This document shows positions 9,419-19,590 of a stretch of DNA of 64,000 bases, piece after piece. The position numbers and the translations under genes are program-made. Source of the stretch: Paramoeba atlantica. Lineage: Eukaryota > Protista > Discosea. Every line of letters starts with the position of its first letter. Position 1 is the first letter of the stretch. The notes below the pieces were generated by a model, which was not told the DNA's origin, did no database searches, and saw only the letters and a list, made by a program, of their open reading frames with translations. Location of the stretch: the NCBI GenBank assembly GCA_977017575.1, contig CDRNVI010000007.1:186001-250000 (forward strand), written 5' to 3'.

Positions 9419-12400
9419 ATGGGAATTCATTGTCTATGGTCGATTTTGGAACCCGCCGGGGTTCCTGTCCCTTTGGAGGAACTCCGCGGCATGCGAGTCG
9501 CAATCGACGCTAGCATTTGGGCCTACAAGGTGTCCAGTTATACGCGAATACGAGAGGACGATCCCGAATTAGGAACAGCAACACCGTCGGGTTTGCACGT
9601 TGAAAGGTTTGTTCGGAGAATTTTAAAGCTACTCTATTATGGAATTCGTCCTATTTTTGTCTTTGACGGTGCCGCTCCCGCATTAAAAGCAGATGTCTTG
9701 CGCAATCGCCGGGCGGCCAGAGATCGAACTGACGATGACATAACTCATGCTGCACAAAAACTTTTCCTAGCGCAAGTAGCCCGCAAGGCTGTGAAACGGG
9801 TGAAATCTGAGATAAAACAAGAGGTAATACAGGACACTGAAAAAGTGGCAGTAAGGGAGATTGAAGACGCAAGCAAAAAAGGAGAAGAATTGATGAGCAT
9901 TGCCACGCTTCGCAGCGTTGCTAGTTTACGACATCAATACAATAAAGCTGGATACGAAATTTCTCCAGCAATAAGTGAATTTGGTGACACGAACAATGAA
10001 TCAAGCCACTGCGCACTCAGTGCAAGTATGGACTATGAAGATAAAGAATCTGTCTTACGTAGTGCTTATAAGACTCCGAATTGGAATAGAGAAGATTACT
10101 ATAAGAAGAGTCTACGTAACAGTGAGGACCCAAATTCTTTTTCAGGGATACAGCTCTCATCGTACATTAAGAAAGTACAGTATTGTGAAACTTTGCGTGA
10201 ATCTAAGGAGCAGGAACAAGATGAATACTGTAGAAAGAATGCTCCTCAAGATATGGGAAGAGGGAAGGAGGTCTGCAACGAAGATGAGAAGGGGAACCTG
10301 GATTGGATTTCGCGAAAAACTTTGGGTTCGGTCAGATCCCAAGCGAAGACGTTCTACTATCTGGGACCTGCCACATCTCGAGCTTCGAAGACTATTACGC
10401 GTGATCCAGAAATATACTCTACGAATCAGCTCATGAATACTGAAAATGTGCCACATACCAGTGACAACAATGCCAATATCACTGTTTCCTCATGCAAAAC
10501 TAGTTTGACGAAACTACACGCTGACTTACCTCTTGATCTGCATTCAGCTTCTGAATTTCTCACGCAAGATATCACAAGTGAGGAAGCTCGAGAGCGAAAA
10601 CCTTCTTTCACCGACTCTTGCGAAGGTACATTGTCAGATTGTTCATCTACTACAGTCGTCGGCGAGGAGAGTGTGGATAAAGTTATTTTGGGTTCTTGTG
10701 TTTCAACTGCCGAGAAAGAAACTAAATCTATATGCTCCGCTGGACTTGCTGATTCTCCGACTAAATCCTTAACAATTAGTCAAAGCAATGTCGATGCACT
10801 GAATGAGCATGACCTAAAACGAGCGATTCCACGGAATGGTGAACAGAGGGCACTCCTTTCCAAGGATTTATGTTCGGATTCTGATGATGATAGTGAATGT
10901 TATGAGCTGATCGATCAATCAGAAAATAGAGTATCAGGAACCATGACCGCTATTGATTTTTTACTGGAAACACACGATGATAAAGATAATATATCGCTGG
11001 GAGACATAAATAAATCGAAAGGCGAAGCATTATCAATGAACATTTTAGATTCCGATACGATGGCTATGAATCAAAAATTAGACACGAAGTCAACAAAGCA
11101 AGAATCTCCCAGTCTTCCAGCAATTGACGTAGCAGTACTTTCATCATCAGACAAGAAATTTTCTGCTCAACCCCCTGATCGCTTGCAGTTGGAAAATATA
11201 TTACAAGAAGCTGAGATGCGCGCCAAAAATGAGTACGAAGCACTAAAGCAAGAAAACGTATCAGTTCCCCTTCACGCACAAATACGTTCTATTCTTCTAG
11301 ATCTCCGGAATTTACTTGTACTCTTCGGAATACCGTACGTTGAGAGCCCCTCAGAGGCCGACGCGCAGTGTGCGGTGCTTAATAGTGAAGGAGTGGTGGA
11401 CGCTGTTGTGAGTGATGATAGTGATGTATTTCTTTTCGGGGCTAAATGTGTAATTCGAAGATTTTTTGATCACTCGTACGTAAGACCTCACGTATTTCAC
11501 GTTGATAAGATTAAGAGAGATTTGTGTCTCGATCGCAGCGACTTTTTAGCGTTGGGTATTCTGCTTGGTGGGGATTATTTTGAAGGGGTAAAGGGCATTG
11601 GACCTTCGTCTGCGGTTCGAGTTCTCAGCGCCTTTTGCCCTTCTTTTATTACAACAAACGATTGCAATGCATCTGTCGATCGCGCCTGTGCCTGCCTTAG
11701 CCGTTTTTGGAAATTTCACGTTCATACTGATAAAGAAGGTGAGAAATCCGTATCCTTTGGAAGAAACATGACTTCTCGAAGCACAGAAAATGTTGAAGAA
11801 TCTTTGCGTTCGGATGAGAAAGATAATATCGAACATTCCCTGAATCAAGTGAGTTACGGAGATGCTATGGCTGTACTACAGGATGACGTTTACAAGAAAA
11901 CGAGATCTTGTATGCGGGATTTTTTTCGTTTCTGGATGATATTTTTTAAGAAACATCATGGAAAAGCCGGAGAATCCTTTGCTTTTAGTAAAGATGAGAT
12001 GGTTGCATCTTTTCCCCCTGTCGTTGTACTAAACGCTTACGCGAAACCGAATGTTCATCGAAATATGCGTGATTTTATCTGGAATCCACCTGATTGGGAG
12101 TCTGTTAACAGTTGCCTACGAGAAAAATGTTCAGATAGATACGAAATTCTTAAAACATTACTTGGGAAAGCGGCAGAAACATATGGACGTTCGTTCTTCA
12201 TAAGAACTGAAGATAATACTATGAATGAATTGAAAGCAAGAACATTGCTGACACACAAAAGAAAGACTGCAATTAATTCTCTCTCGACATGGTGGAACAA
12301 AATTACTACTGTTCTGGAAAAGCCGTTGTCATCTGATATCGGGCCCCGAGATCTCACACAGGAGATAAATATTGGATCGGTTTTACTGAAATTCGCTGAT

Positions 12401-12574
12401 TTACCAACTCTGAAACCTAATAACATTGGTATTCATGTCAGCATACGGTTACATCCAGAGGACGAAAATGTTTCGACTGAACTATTCCGCTTTTGGATGA
12501 AAAAGAGATGCAAGCTGTGTAATAGAGAACCTAAAGCGATATCGAAACGCAGGGTAACTTCGAATAAGAAATAA
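9419..12574 (+). CDS. RAD2: XPG/Rad2 structure-specific endonuclease
   Basis: N-domain MGIHCLW...VAIDASIW...PIFVFDG, a long spacer, and I-domain FGIPYVESPSEADAQCA...DAVVSDDSDVFLFG followed by H3TH LLGGDY..GVKGIG. Confidence 0.95.
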   Translation: MGIHCLWSILEPAGVPVPLEELRGMRVAIDASIWAYKVSSYTRIREDDPELGTATPSGLHVERFVRRILKLLYYGIRPIFVFDGAAPALKADVLRNRRAARDRTDDDITHAAQKLFLAQVARKAVKRVKSEIKQEVIQDTEKVAVREIEDASKKGEELMSIATLRSVASLRHQYNKAGYEISPAISEFGDTNNESSHCALSASMDYEDKESVLRSAYKTPNWNREDYYKKSLRNSEDPNSFSGIQLSSYIKKVQYCETLRESKEQEQDEYCRKNAPQDMGRGKEVCNEDEKGNLDWISRKTLGSVRSQAKTFYYLGPATSRASKTITRDPEIYSTNQLMNTENVPHTSDNNANITVSSCKTSLTKLHADLPLDLHSASEFLTQDITSEEARERKPSFTDSCEGTLSDCSSTTVVGEESVDKVILGSCVSTAEKETKSICSAGLADSPTKSLTISQSNVDALNEHDLKRAIPRNGEQRALLSKDLCSDSDDDSECYELIDQSENRVSGTMTAIDFLLETHDDKDNISLGDINKSKGEALSMNILDSDTMAMNQKLDTKSTKQESPSLPAIDVAVLSSSDKKFSAQPPDRLQLENILQEAEMRAKNEYEALKQENVSVPLHAQIRSILLDLRNLLVLFGIPYVESPSEADAQCAVLNSEGVVDAVVSDDSDVFLFGAKCVIRRFFDHSYVRPHVFHVDKIKRDLCLDRSDFLALGILLGGDYFEGVKGIGPSSAVRVLSAFCPSFITTNDCNASVDRACACLSRFWKFHVHTDKEGEKSVSFGRNMTSRSTENVEESLRSDEKDNIEHSLNQVSYGDAMAVLQDDVYKKTRSCMRDFFRFWMIFFKKHHGKAGESFAFSKDEMVASFPPVVVLNAYAKPNVHRNMRDFIWNPPDWESVNSCLREKCSDRYEILKTLLGKAAETYGRSFFIRTEDNTMNELKARTLLTHKRKTAINSLSTWWNKITTVLEKPLSSDIGPRDLTQEINIGSVLLKFADLPTLKPNNIGIHVSIRLHPEDENVSTELFRFWMKKRCKLCNREPKAISKRRVTSNKK

Positions 12575-13068
12575 CTCTTCCATATCTTCCGTATTTCCTA
12601 GAAAGCGCACAAAAAGAAAGCAGTAGTATGTACTAGTATGTAACATACTAGCCCGCTTTTATACTTTATCGTTCTACTATAGAACGATAAAGAATTATGA
12701 AAAGGGGAGTATTTTCATGGTGCCTCTGATGACTAGCTGTGCATCTCAGCTTTTTATTCTTAACACCCGCAACCTTGTGATGGTTCCTCATCATCAGCAG
12801 TTATCATCCCTCAGCAGCAGTTCTCGAGCAGCAGTTATCATTCCTCTCTCAGTTATCTCCACTCCCCTCTAAAAGAAGAGCTCCACGTCGACCGTGATAA
12901 TACTCGCAAATGTCCTCCATACTGTACTATGCCCATGCAAAAGAGTTGTCGCGTCTGTTTCGATCAAACGTTTGCCAAATAGAAGTGCCCCAATACCTGA
13001 GAAAAAAATCCTTACATTCCAAAGAAGTAGTATCTCATAGTACATGCAATAATACGGACTAGTCGATT

Positions 13069-13100
13069 ACTAGTATTTTAGTACGTACTAAAATACTAGT
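13069..13100. repeat. Perfect 32-bp palindrome abutting a transposon end
   Basis: ACTAGTATTTTAGTAC|GTACTAAAATACTAGT lies directly before the TA at 13101. Confidence 0.9.
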
Positions 13101-13921
13101 TACAGTGGTGGGCAACGATATCTACCCCCCCCCTACAGGTTTTGTATTTAGGCCGATTTTGGAAATATTTGGTATACCACCATTTTTCGACCCAATCGTT
13201 CCGAATCCGAGGTCCGTTTCACTCGAGCGACCCCCTACCCCCCTTGTCCAGGTAGAGGCCAAAATGTAGGCGAACACGATTTTCGAGGCAAATTTTTGGA
13301 TAATTTTTGTAAAATAGTTTGAAATCCAGATAAGAAGCATGTAAGCAGGCAGAAAGCTCATGATTAGTGCTCAGTTAAGTGTCCCCTTGCCTTCACGCCC
13401 GCCAAAAATTCTTGGGATGGCTGCACAAAACGTTTTCAGGCAATTCTGGTTCATATTTAAAATTATTCAGGATAATGGGGGGATTGTGAAAAAAAATGGA
13501 CAAAATATTAAGAAAATTATTTATCGATAATGATAGCGCTTCTAATATTTGACAAAAGCTGTGCACATCTCACGACGTACGTGTTGTACAGGAAGACACG
13601 CGGGACGAGATAGTTCCGTCGTGTAAAAGCGAAGAAGCGCGAAAAATGACGCAATATAGGGGTGTTCTGTAAAACTCATGGTTTTTTGCACATTTTTTTG
13701 AGGTTACAACATGAACCAGCTTTCAACGAGTGAAAAGGACACACACTGGATTCAATTTGTAGTAATTTACTACAAATTGATACACATTGCTACATTTTTA
13801 TCTCAATACATTTACATTTTTCTTTTTAAGAAATTTTCTTTTTTTTGCTTCTAACTTAAAAAAATGCTTTTTAAGAGTATTGAAATATCCCCAGCCGCAC
13901 CCACCCGCACCCAGTGCATCT

Positions 13922-15462
13922 TCAACGGGAAAGACTTAGCGAAATTTGGGAGATCCAGAAGGAACACGTTCGGGGTACTACTCCCCGAGAGGGATGACTT
14001 TTTTCAGTCAATTTGTACGAGTGCTTCACCATACGCGTTTTTTTTGCAGAATGCAACCCAAAATGAGCTGCATTTTCAGAGGAAAGAGGTCGGTGCTTAA
14101 ATCGGGCGTGTACGCGATTCGATCGTGTGAGGAAATCCTTAGTGGGATTTATTTCATGTGCAATTTCATAGGCCGCCACCGCCATAGAGGCCCCCAAGAG
14201 TTCTGCGTTTTTGACGGCGATTTCCGGGGTGTCTACTATGGGATATAAACCCTGTTCCGGGTTATTGTGCCCCCCCTGCACAATAACTGGCTCTAGGCAT
14301 AATAACTGGCTCTAGGCACAATAACTAAATATTGGAAAACCAAAAAAAGGGTTAAAAAAAAATTGGCGCCGCTTCGCGGCGCCTTTTTTATGGACAAGCA
14401 CGTTCATGTGCAGAATAAGTTCTATTTAAGGGATGCGTTGTTGAACAAACTACGTTATTTTCGAGAAAATGGGAATAAAAAACAACCAAAAAATTACGGC
14501 ACCGACTGGCGGCGCCATATTTTGGAGTGGGGGGCACAATAATAGTGGTTGTTTCCACTTATTGTGCCCCCCCTGCACAATAAGTAGCTCTAGGCACAAT
14601 AACCCGGAACAGGGTTTAGTAGTCTTCGGCATGTATCGTATACCTTATTTTCGACGGCTTTCCATTGGTCGTCGTTAAGCTTTAGACACATTTTCCCTCC
14701 TGCTATGGATTTGTGTTGTTCAAGCAGACGAAGGCGTTGGTTTTCGTTTGTTTCATCCCACGATGGAACTCGATCTTCCACAGTGTGCGAAACAGGGGGG
14801 AGAGGAGAAGATCGGACGAGGGGTTCATTGCACCTGAGCGGTCCATATATTTTGCAACAGTTATGCAGACAGCACAACTTGGCGGAGCATCGGTGACGGC
14901 ATGGTTCTACTCGTGCGGTGTTCAGTGAGTGAAGTGTTGCATTTCTAGGAGTTGCGCCAGAGGGTGGCACATAACTAGCGCTATCTTTGTTGTCACCATT
15001 CGTCGCACCCACAATTGGCGCAGTACGTTGGCCCCCGTTTGTTGGCCCGTTTTCGCTAGCACTACTGGCAGGAATACGGTAAAAAATTATGACATTGCTC
15101 ACGGCCCAGCCAGCCAAATTGGCAGCCTTTCGTAGAAAGTCACTGTCGTTGTCGTTGAGGTTTGGTGTTGTGGAATTCTTGTTGGTGTCGGTCCCATTTA
15201 TTTCGGTTCCCTCGGAAGATGGGGCCGCTGGGATTGTACCAGGTAGGGGTTGTGTTGACGGCCTCGGACCGCGTCCTAGAGTTGTGTAGACACTCTCCAG
15301 TGATATTATGTTACATGGTTCGGTTTGTGGGTTTTCGTTTGTAGAAGTCGCGGAGACTGGAATGTCCACATGCGAAGATTGAATACCTCTTTTACAACAG
15401 AGGTGTCCGCACGTACTTTTGCTCTTGCACGAGTGACGGCATGGATGCAAGACGTTATTCAC
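13922..15462 (-). pseudogene. 5' fragment of an RLE-retrotransposon ORF (relative of the 43286-47416 element), split by a MITE
   Basis: Two PCxHxC...CxHxCCK zinc-finger motifs. GGKMCLKLNDDQWKAVENKVYDTCRRLL|YPIVDTPEIAVKNAELLGASMAVAAYEIAHEINPTKDF aligns with GGRVMASLSHEQWQRAIKKSFERCEKYLKPAATPTEALRHADLLTACIAVSAYEIAREADPTKGF. Confidence 0.85.
14248..14616. mobile_element. 369-bp MITE, 24-bp TIRs (AACCCTGTTCCGGGTTATTGTGCC), TA TSD
   Basis: Perfect TIRs. Removing the element and one TA restores the host frame (RRLL-YPIVD). It has internal 20-bp tandem repeats and a GGCGCCGCTTCGCGGCGCC hairpin. Confidence 0.9.
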
Positions 15463-16240
15463 CCCATGATAAGTTTACAAGGTGCGCAAAGTCTATTTAC
15501 TGAGATCTGCAAAGAATTAGACCACAAGAATTAGCTCAAACGGACTTAACCTACTGATTTTAGAGGGGTGCCTTATCGTGTCGAGGGATTTATAAGTCAC
15601 ATCATACTACGGCAGATGTAGTAATGTTCAATTCAAATGTAGTAATTTACTACACCAATTACTCATGTAGTAAATTACTACAAATTGAATCCAGAGTGTG
15701 AAAGGACCTCGGATTCGGAACGATTGGGTCGAAAAACGGTGGCACACCAAATATGTCCAAAATCGGAGAAAATACAAGATCTGTAGGGGGGTACATGTCG
15801 TTGCCCACCACTGTAGACTATGTCTTTAGTAGTAGTAAGTAACCGTAAGTACCTTGTCACACAAATGATCAAGTTTGTGTGAAGGAATCATGACCCCCTT
15901 ACGACTTGTCGAAACATGTCACAATTGGTTGTCAAATTTGATATGCGGTGTCATGTACTAGTTGTATACTAGTTGTAACTTTACGCAGCAAAATCAGTTT
16001 GACGTGCAATGTTGATATCATAAGAACTCACACAAGGGCTAGCTCACAGTTGGGCCTTGCTCCCAAACGGGGGCTAAGCTCACAGTTGGGTTTAGCCTCC
16101 AGACACGTAAATTAGGCGTCGTAGGATAGAAAATAACACGCGTACTCATATAGAGACCTGAATGTTTTTGGACGAAATTTTTTGGGGGGTGGAATGTTTT
16201 TCGATTTTTGTCGTCTTTTTTCGAAAAAGCACCTCTAAAC

Positions 16241-16330
16241 CCTTCGATGAATGATTCATCGAAGGTGCCGCACTTTCGATGAACGGTCATTGAAGGTGCC
16301 GCACTTTCGATGAATATTTATCGAAGGTGC
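16241..16330. repeat. Stacked short hairpin repeats (TCATCGAAGGTGC-C-GCACTTTCGATGA)
   Basis: Two full copies and one partial copy, preceded by CCTTCGATGAATGATTCATCGAAGG. Confidence 0.8.
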
Positions 16331-16529
16331 TACATAGCCAAAAAATGTGTTCGGAGTTAAAACGTATGAACAAGTTGTTGGAGAACGGGGGTGAAATGTA
16401 AGCTTTGCGTTATTAATTTGAATTGTGTATATAGTTGGAATTACGAATTATCCAACCTTATATTTATGTGTAGTATAATTATTTCTTGTTTTGTTTATCC
16501 GCGATAAAAATTGTAAGTAGTTATGAAAA

Positions 16530-17535
16530 GGATCGCATCAACATGTAATATATTCGCGTGATGACGCAACCTAGTTCCGTTATTGATAAATGCATGATAC
16601 GAAAACAACACTTACCGAAGGAGACTAAAAAACCCTCTTTTCTTTAGATTTAGTAATTTGTTTCATCAAAAAATAATTTGTATTCACATAGCGTCAACAA
16701 CATGTGATACAATTGTGAATACTCGCATGATGACGCAACCTAGTTCCGCTATTGATAAATGCATGATACGAAAACAAATATGCTTACCGAAAGAGACTGA
16801 AAAACTCCTGTACCTGTTCTTTAAATTCATTCATTTACTTCATCAAAAAAGAGTTTGCTCAAAATACTCACATCGCATCAAGATCATGTGATTTACCTGT
16901 ATATACTTGCATGATGATGCAACCTAGTTCCGCTTTTGATAGATTCATGATACGAAAACAAATATGCTTACCGAAAGAGACTGAAAAACTCCTGTACCTG
17001 TTCTTTAAATTTATTCATTTGCTTCATCAAAAAAGATTTTGTTCAAATTACTCACATCGCATCAAGATCATATCCAAATCATTCCAGATTGCTCAGGACG
17101 GTCACTGGCAAGACAGGCCCTTCACAGACAGATTTGGAAGTTCCGAGGCCGACATCCTCTACCAGTTTCCGCTTGTCCAAGTCGGCACCAACGTGCTGTT
17201 ACCACCCACGTGCTACCACCAACATGCTGTCGCTGCGTCGACGATTTGTACTTCAACACGGCTTATCCACCTGTAATCCGGATAAGGGAGCTGGTTCCCT
17301 GAGGGGAGGGTCCGGGACGGTCCTCCGAGTACATCAAAAAAGAGTTCGCTCAAATTACTCACATCGCATCAAGATCATGTAATATACTACTGATCATGTG
17401 ATATACTAGTACCTGTATATGTACTTGCATGATGATGCAACCTAGTTCCGCTTTTGATAGATGCATGATACGAAAACGAATATGCTTACCGAAAGAGACT
17501 GAAAAACTACTATACCTGTTCTTTAGATTTATTCT
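16530..17535. repeat. About 184-bp tandem repeat (about 4 copies), interrupted by an insertion
   Basis: gcatgatga(c/t)gcaacctagttccg...cttaccgaaagagactgaaaaact recurs at about 16556, 16725, 16908 and 17426. Confidence 0.9.
17072..17331. mobile_element. 260-bp GC-richer insertion flanked by a 47-bp direct duplication
   Basis: 17025-17071 and 17332-17378 match at 44 of 47 positions, and the insert is unrelated to the tandem unit. Confidence 0.55.
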
Positions 17536-17649
17536 TTTGCTGTGTGAAAGGAGTTTAGATAAGAAAAATAGTCATACTAACTATACTATGATTGTACTAA
17601 CCACTCTATATTCTTAGGTTTCAGACGAATTTTTCTACTTCAAAAGCTA

Positions 17650-19194
17650 ATGCTGTGCCACCTTACCGGGGCTCTTGCGACCGAACCCGTCGCATCCAAG
17701 ACAACGGGTCATATCTATGACCGTAAAAATTTGGAAAATTATTTGTCTACAAAGGGCACTTGTCCCGTGACAGGCCAAGCCATGTCCGCTAATGATGTAC
17801 TATCTCTTCACCTAAGTTCGTCGCCCTACACGCCTGTTTCTACTCAGGGATCCATACCAGATCTCCTTTCCGCTTTAAGTCGTGAGTGGGATTTATTTCT
17901 TGTTGATCATCATCATATACGTCAAGAGCTCGACAATTGCAAAATCGAGCTCTGTAAGACCAAACATCAACTCGAAGCTTCCCTTCGAGTCATTACTCGG
18001 CTGTCTGAAGGGCAGATAGAGGGCGAGATAGCCACAGGACTATCCACGTTGGACCAGTCAACGGCGAGCTCTGAAACTACACGAAATGTGGAGGAACTCA
18101 ATACCTTTGTTCGAAATATTGATGAACGTTTCTCGACTCTTTCTGCAGCGCGTAGAACTCGGCCAATACGAAAGCCGGCTTTGTCGCTGCTAAGAAATTT
18201 TTCCAATGTCACCAAGGTAAAAGTCGGTGAGGCAGCCATTGCTGCTGTATTACCCATTGGTTCTGATGGCGTGTTTTCCGGTTCTTGTGATGGAATAATT
18301 ACTGTATCTTACGTCAATGAAAAGGAAGAACTCATTCAAAAAACTCAATTCTCTAGCTTGGTGACCTCGCTAAATTGTGTCGCACATTACCCAATCCCGG
18401 GATCCGATACTTTTGCTACCGCCGGCTCGGGAGGGCCAGTGTGTCTCTGGGACCTTTCTGTAATGAGGGCTGATAACAAAATGGACCCTGTTAGGCAGTT
18501 CACCATTAGTAAAGAGCCGGTAACAGGTCTTGTGCTATGCCCGAGTGCCCACGGTTATGGAACGGTTGTCTTGACAAGTGATGCAACAGGCTTTGTGGCC
18601 GCGACACAGATTGAAACTCAAGAAACATTTATTCGTTTTCCAGTAGTAGAAAATCCATCCAAGGTTAGTTTGTGTGCTCATCCAGATGGCGTTGTTCTTG
18701 GCGTTGTGCCAGACTCTCCCGTCGCGCAACTCTATGATCTTCGACTTTTAGGCAAGGGGGGATCAAAAAATGCGTTAATAGGCAAACTTGGGAATGATTC
18801 GAGCGCGTCGAATCTTGCTGCTTTGACGTTTTCACAGAACGGATACCAAGCAGCAACTGCAGCTCGATCTGGTGATGTTATGCTGTGGGATTTACGAAGA
18901 ACCCCAACAAGTGTGACGTGTAATACTACAGTACCTAGTGTTCCTTCTTCTCTTTCTTTTGACAGCAGTGGGCTCTTTTTGGCCATAGGAACAGAGGAGC
19001 AAAGTTATCTTGTCGCCGCGAAAACCATGGAAGAAAATATACTTTTATCTGATTCGAATGGCACAACCACCCTTCGCTTTTCAGACGCTGAAGATATGAT
19101 ATCCAAAGTGGGCAACAATCATACAAAATTAAAGCTATACAGTGGTAGTAAAAACGGTTCTGTTCGGGTTCATTCTCTATTACCTGTTCATTGA
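17650..19194 (+). CDS. PRP19: Pre-mRNA processing factor 19 (U-box, Prp19 coiled coil, WD40)
   Basis: U-box C.LTG....EPV.S..TGHIYDRKNLE.YL...GTCPVTG; SIPDLLSALSREWD...RQEL...LEASLRVITRL; C-terminal WD repeats. Confidence 0.92.
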   Translation: MLCHLTGALATEPVASKTTGHIYDRKNLENYLSTKGTCPVTGQAMSANDVLSLHLSSSPYTPVSTQGSIPDLLSALSREWDLFLVDHHHIRQELDNCKIELCKTKHQLEASLRVITRLSEGQIEGEIATGLSTLDQSTASSETTRNVEELNTFVRNIDERFSTLSAARRTRPIRKPALSLLRNFSNVTKVKVGEAAIAAVLPIGSDGVFSGSCDGIITVSYVNEKEELIQKTQFSSLVTSLNCVAHYPIPGSDTFATAGSGGPVCLWDLSVMRADNKMDPVRQFTISKEPVTGLVLCPSAHGYGTVVLTSDATGFVAATQIETQETFIRFPVVENPSKVSLCAHPDGVVLGVVPDSPVAQLYDLRLLGKGGSKNALIGKLGNDSSASNLAALTFSQNGYQAATAARSGDVMLWDLRRTPTSVTCNTTVPSVPSSLSFDSSGLFLAIGTEEQSYLVAAKTMEENILLSDSNGTTTLRFSDAEDMISKVGNNHTKLKLYSGSKNGSVRVHSLLPVH

Positions 19195-19590
19195 TTATCA
19201 ACTCTTTGAAGCGAAAAGGATTACGCTGCGTAATTTACGCATTGAATCAGAACGATTCGATTTTCTTTAGTAATGCCTCGCACACTACGTAGAATAAACT
19301 GAACTGAAAAGAAGTCTTGGGCCTGCTTTTCTTTGTGTTCGAGATTCGGAGTACGTTTAGCAGAACACACGTATGTTGTAGGAACATACCATATTCGTCA
19401 TACTGTATGGAAATACAGAGAGAAGTATGAGGATGCCTGATATTCTTTGCCAAATTTACAGTCCTGAGATCCAGGGTAATTCTGCTTTTGCTTACCTTGT
19501 ATTCACCATTAATGTAATTTATGAGTTTGCGCTGATATAAGAAAGGTTGTCTTTTTTGAGGGTGACTTTTATTTCGTTTCTTTATAGTGA

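Larger units (their letters stand above)
13103..15813. mobile_element. Tc1/mariner-type non-autonomous element (CAGT...ACTG ends, TA TSD, about 120-bp imperfect TIRs) with captured cargo
   Basis: CAGTGGTGGGCAACGA...ttcgacccaatcgttccgaatccgaggtcc at 13103-13220 matches the reverse complement of about 15700-15813. TA flanks both ends. Confidence 0.85.

Noticed and set aside
16658-17617. Repeated MMQPSSAFD... ORFs as a gene family
   Set aside because: They are short translations of the 184-bp tandem unit with inconsistent frames between copies.
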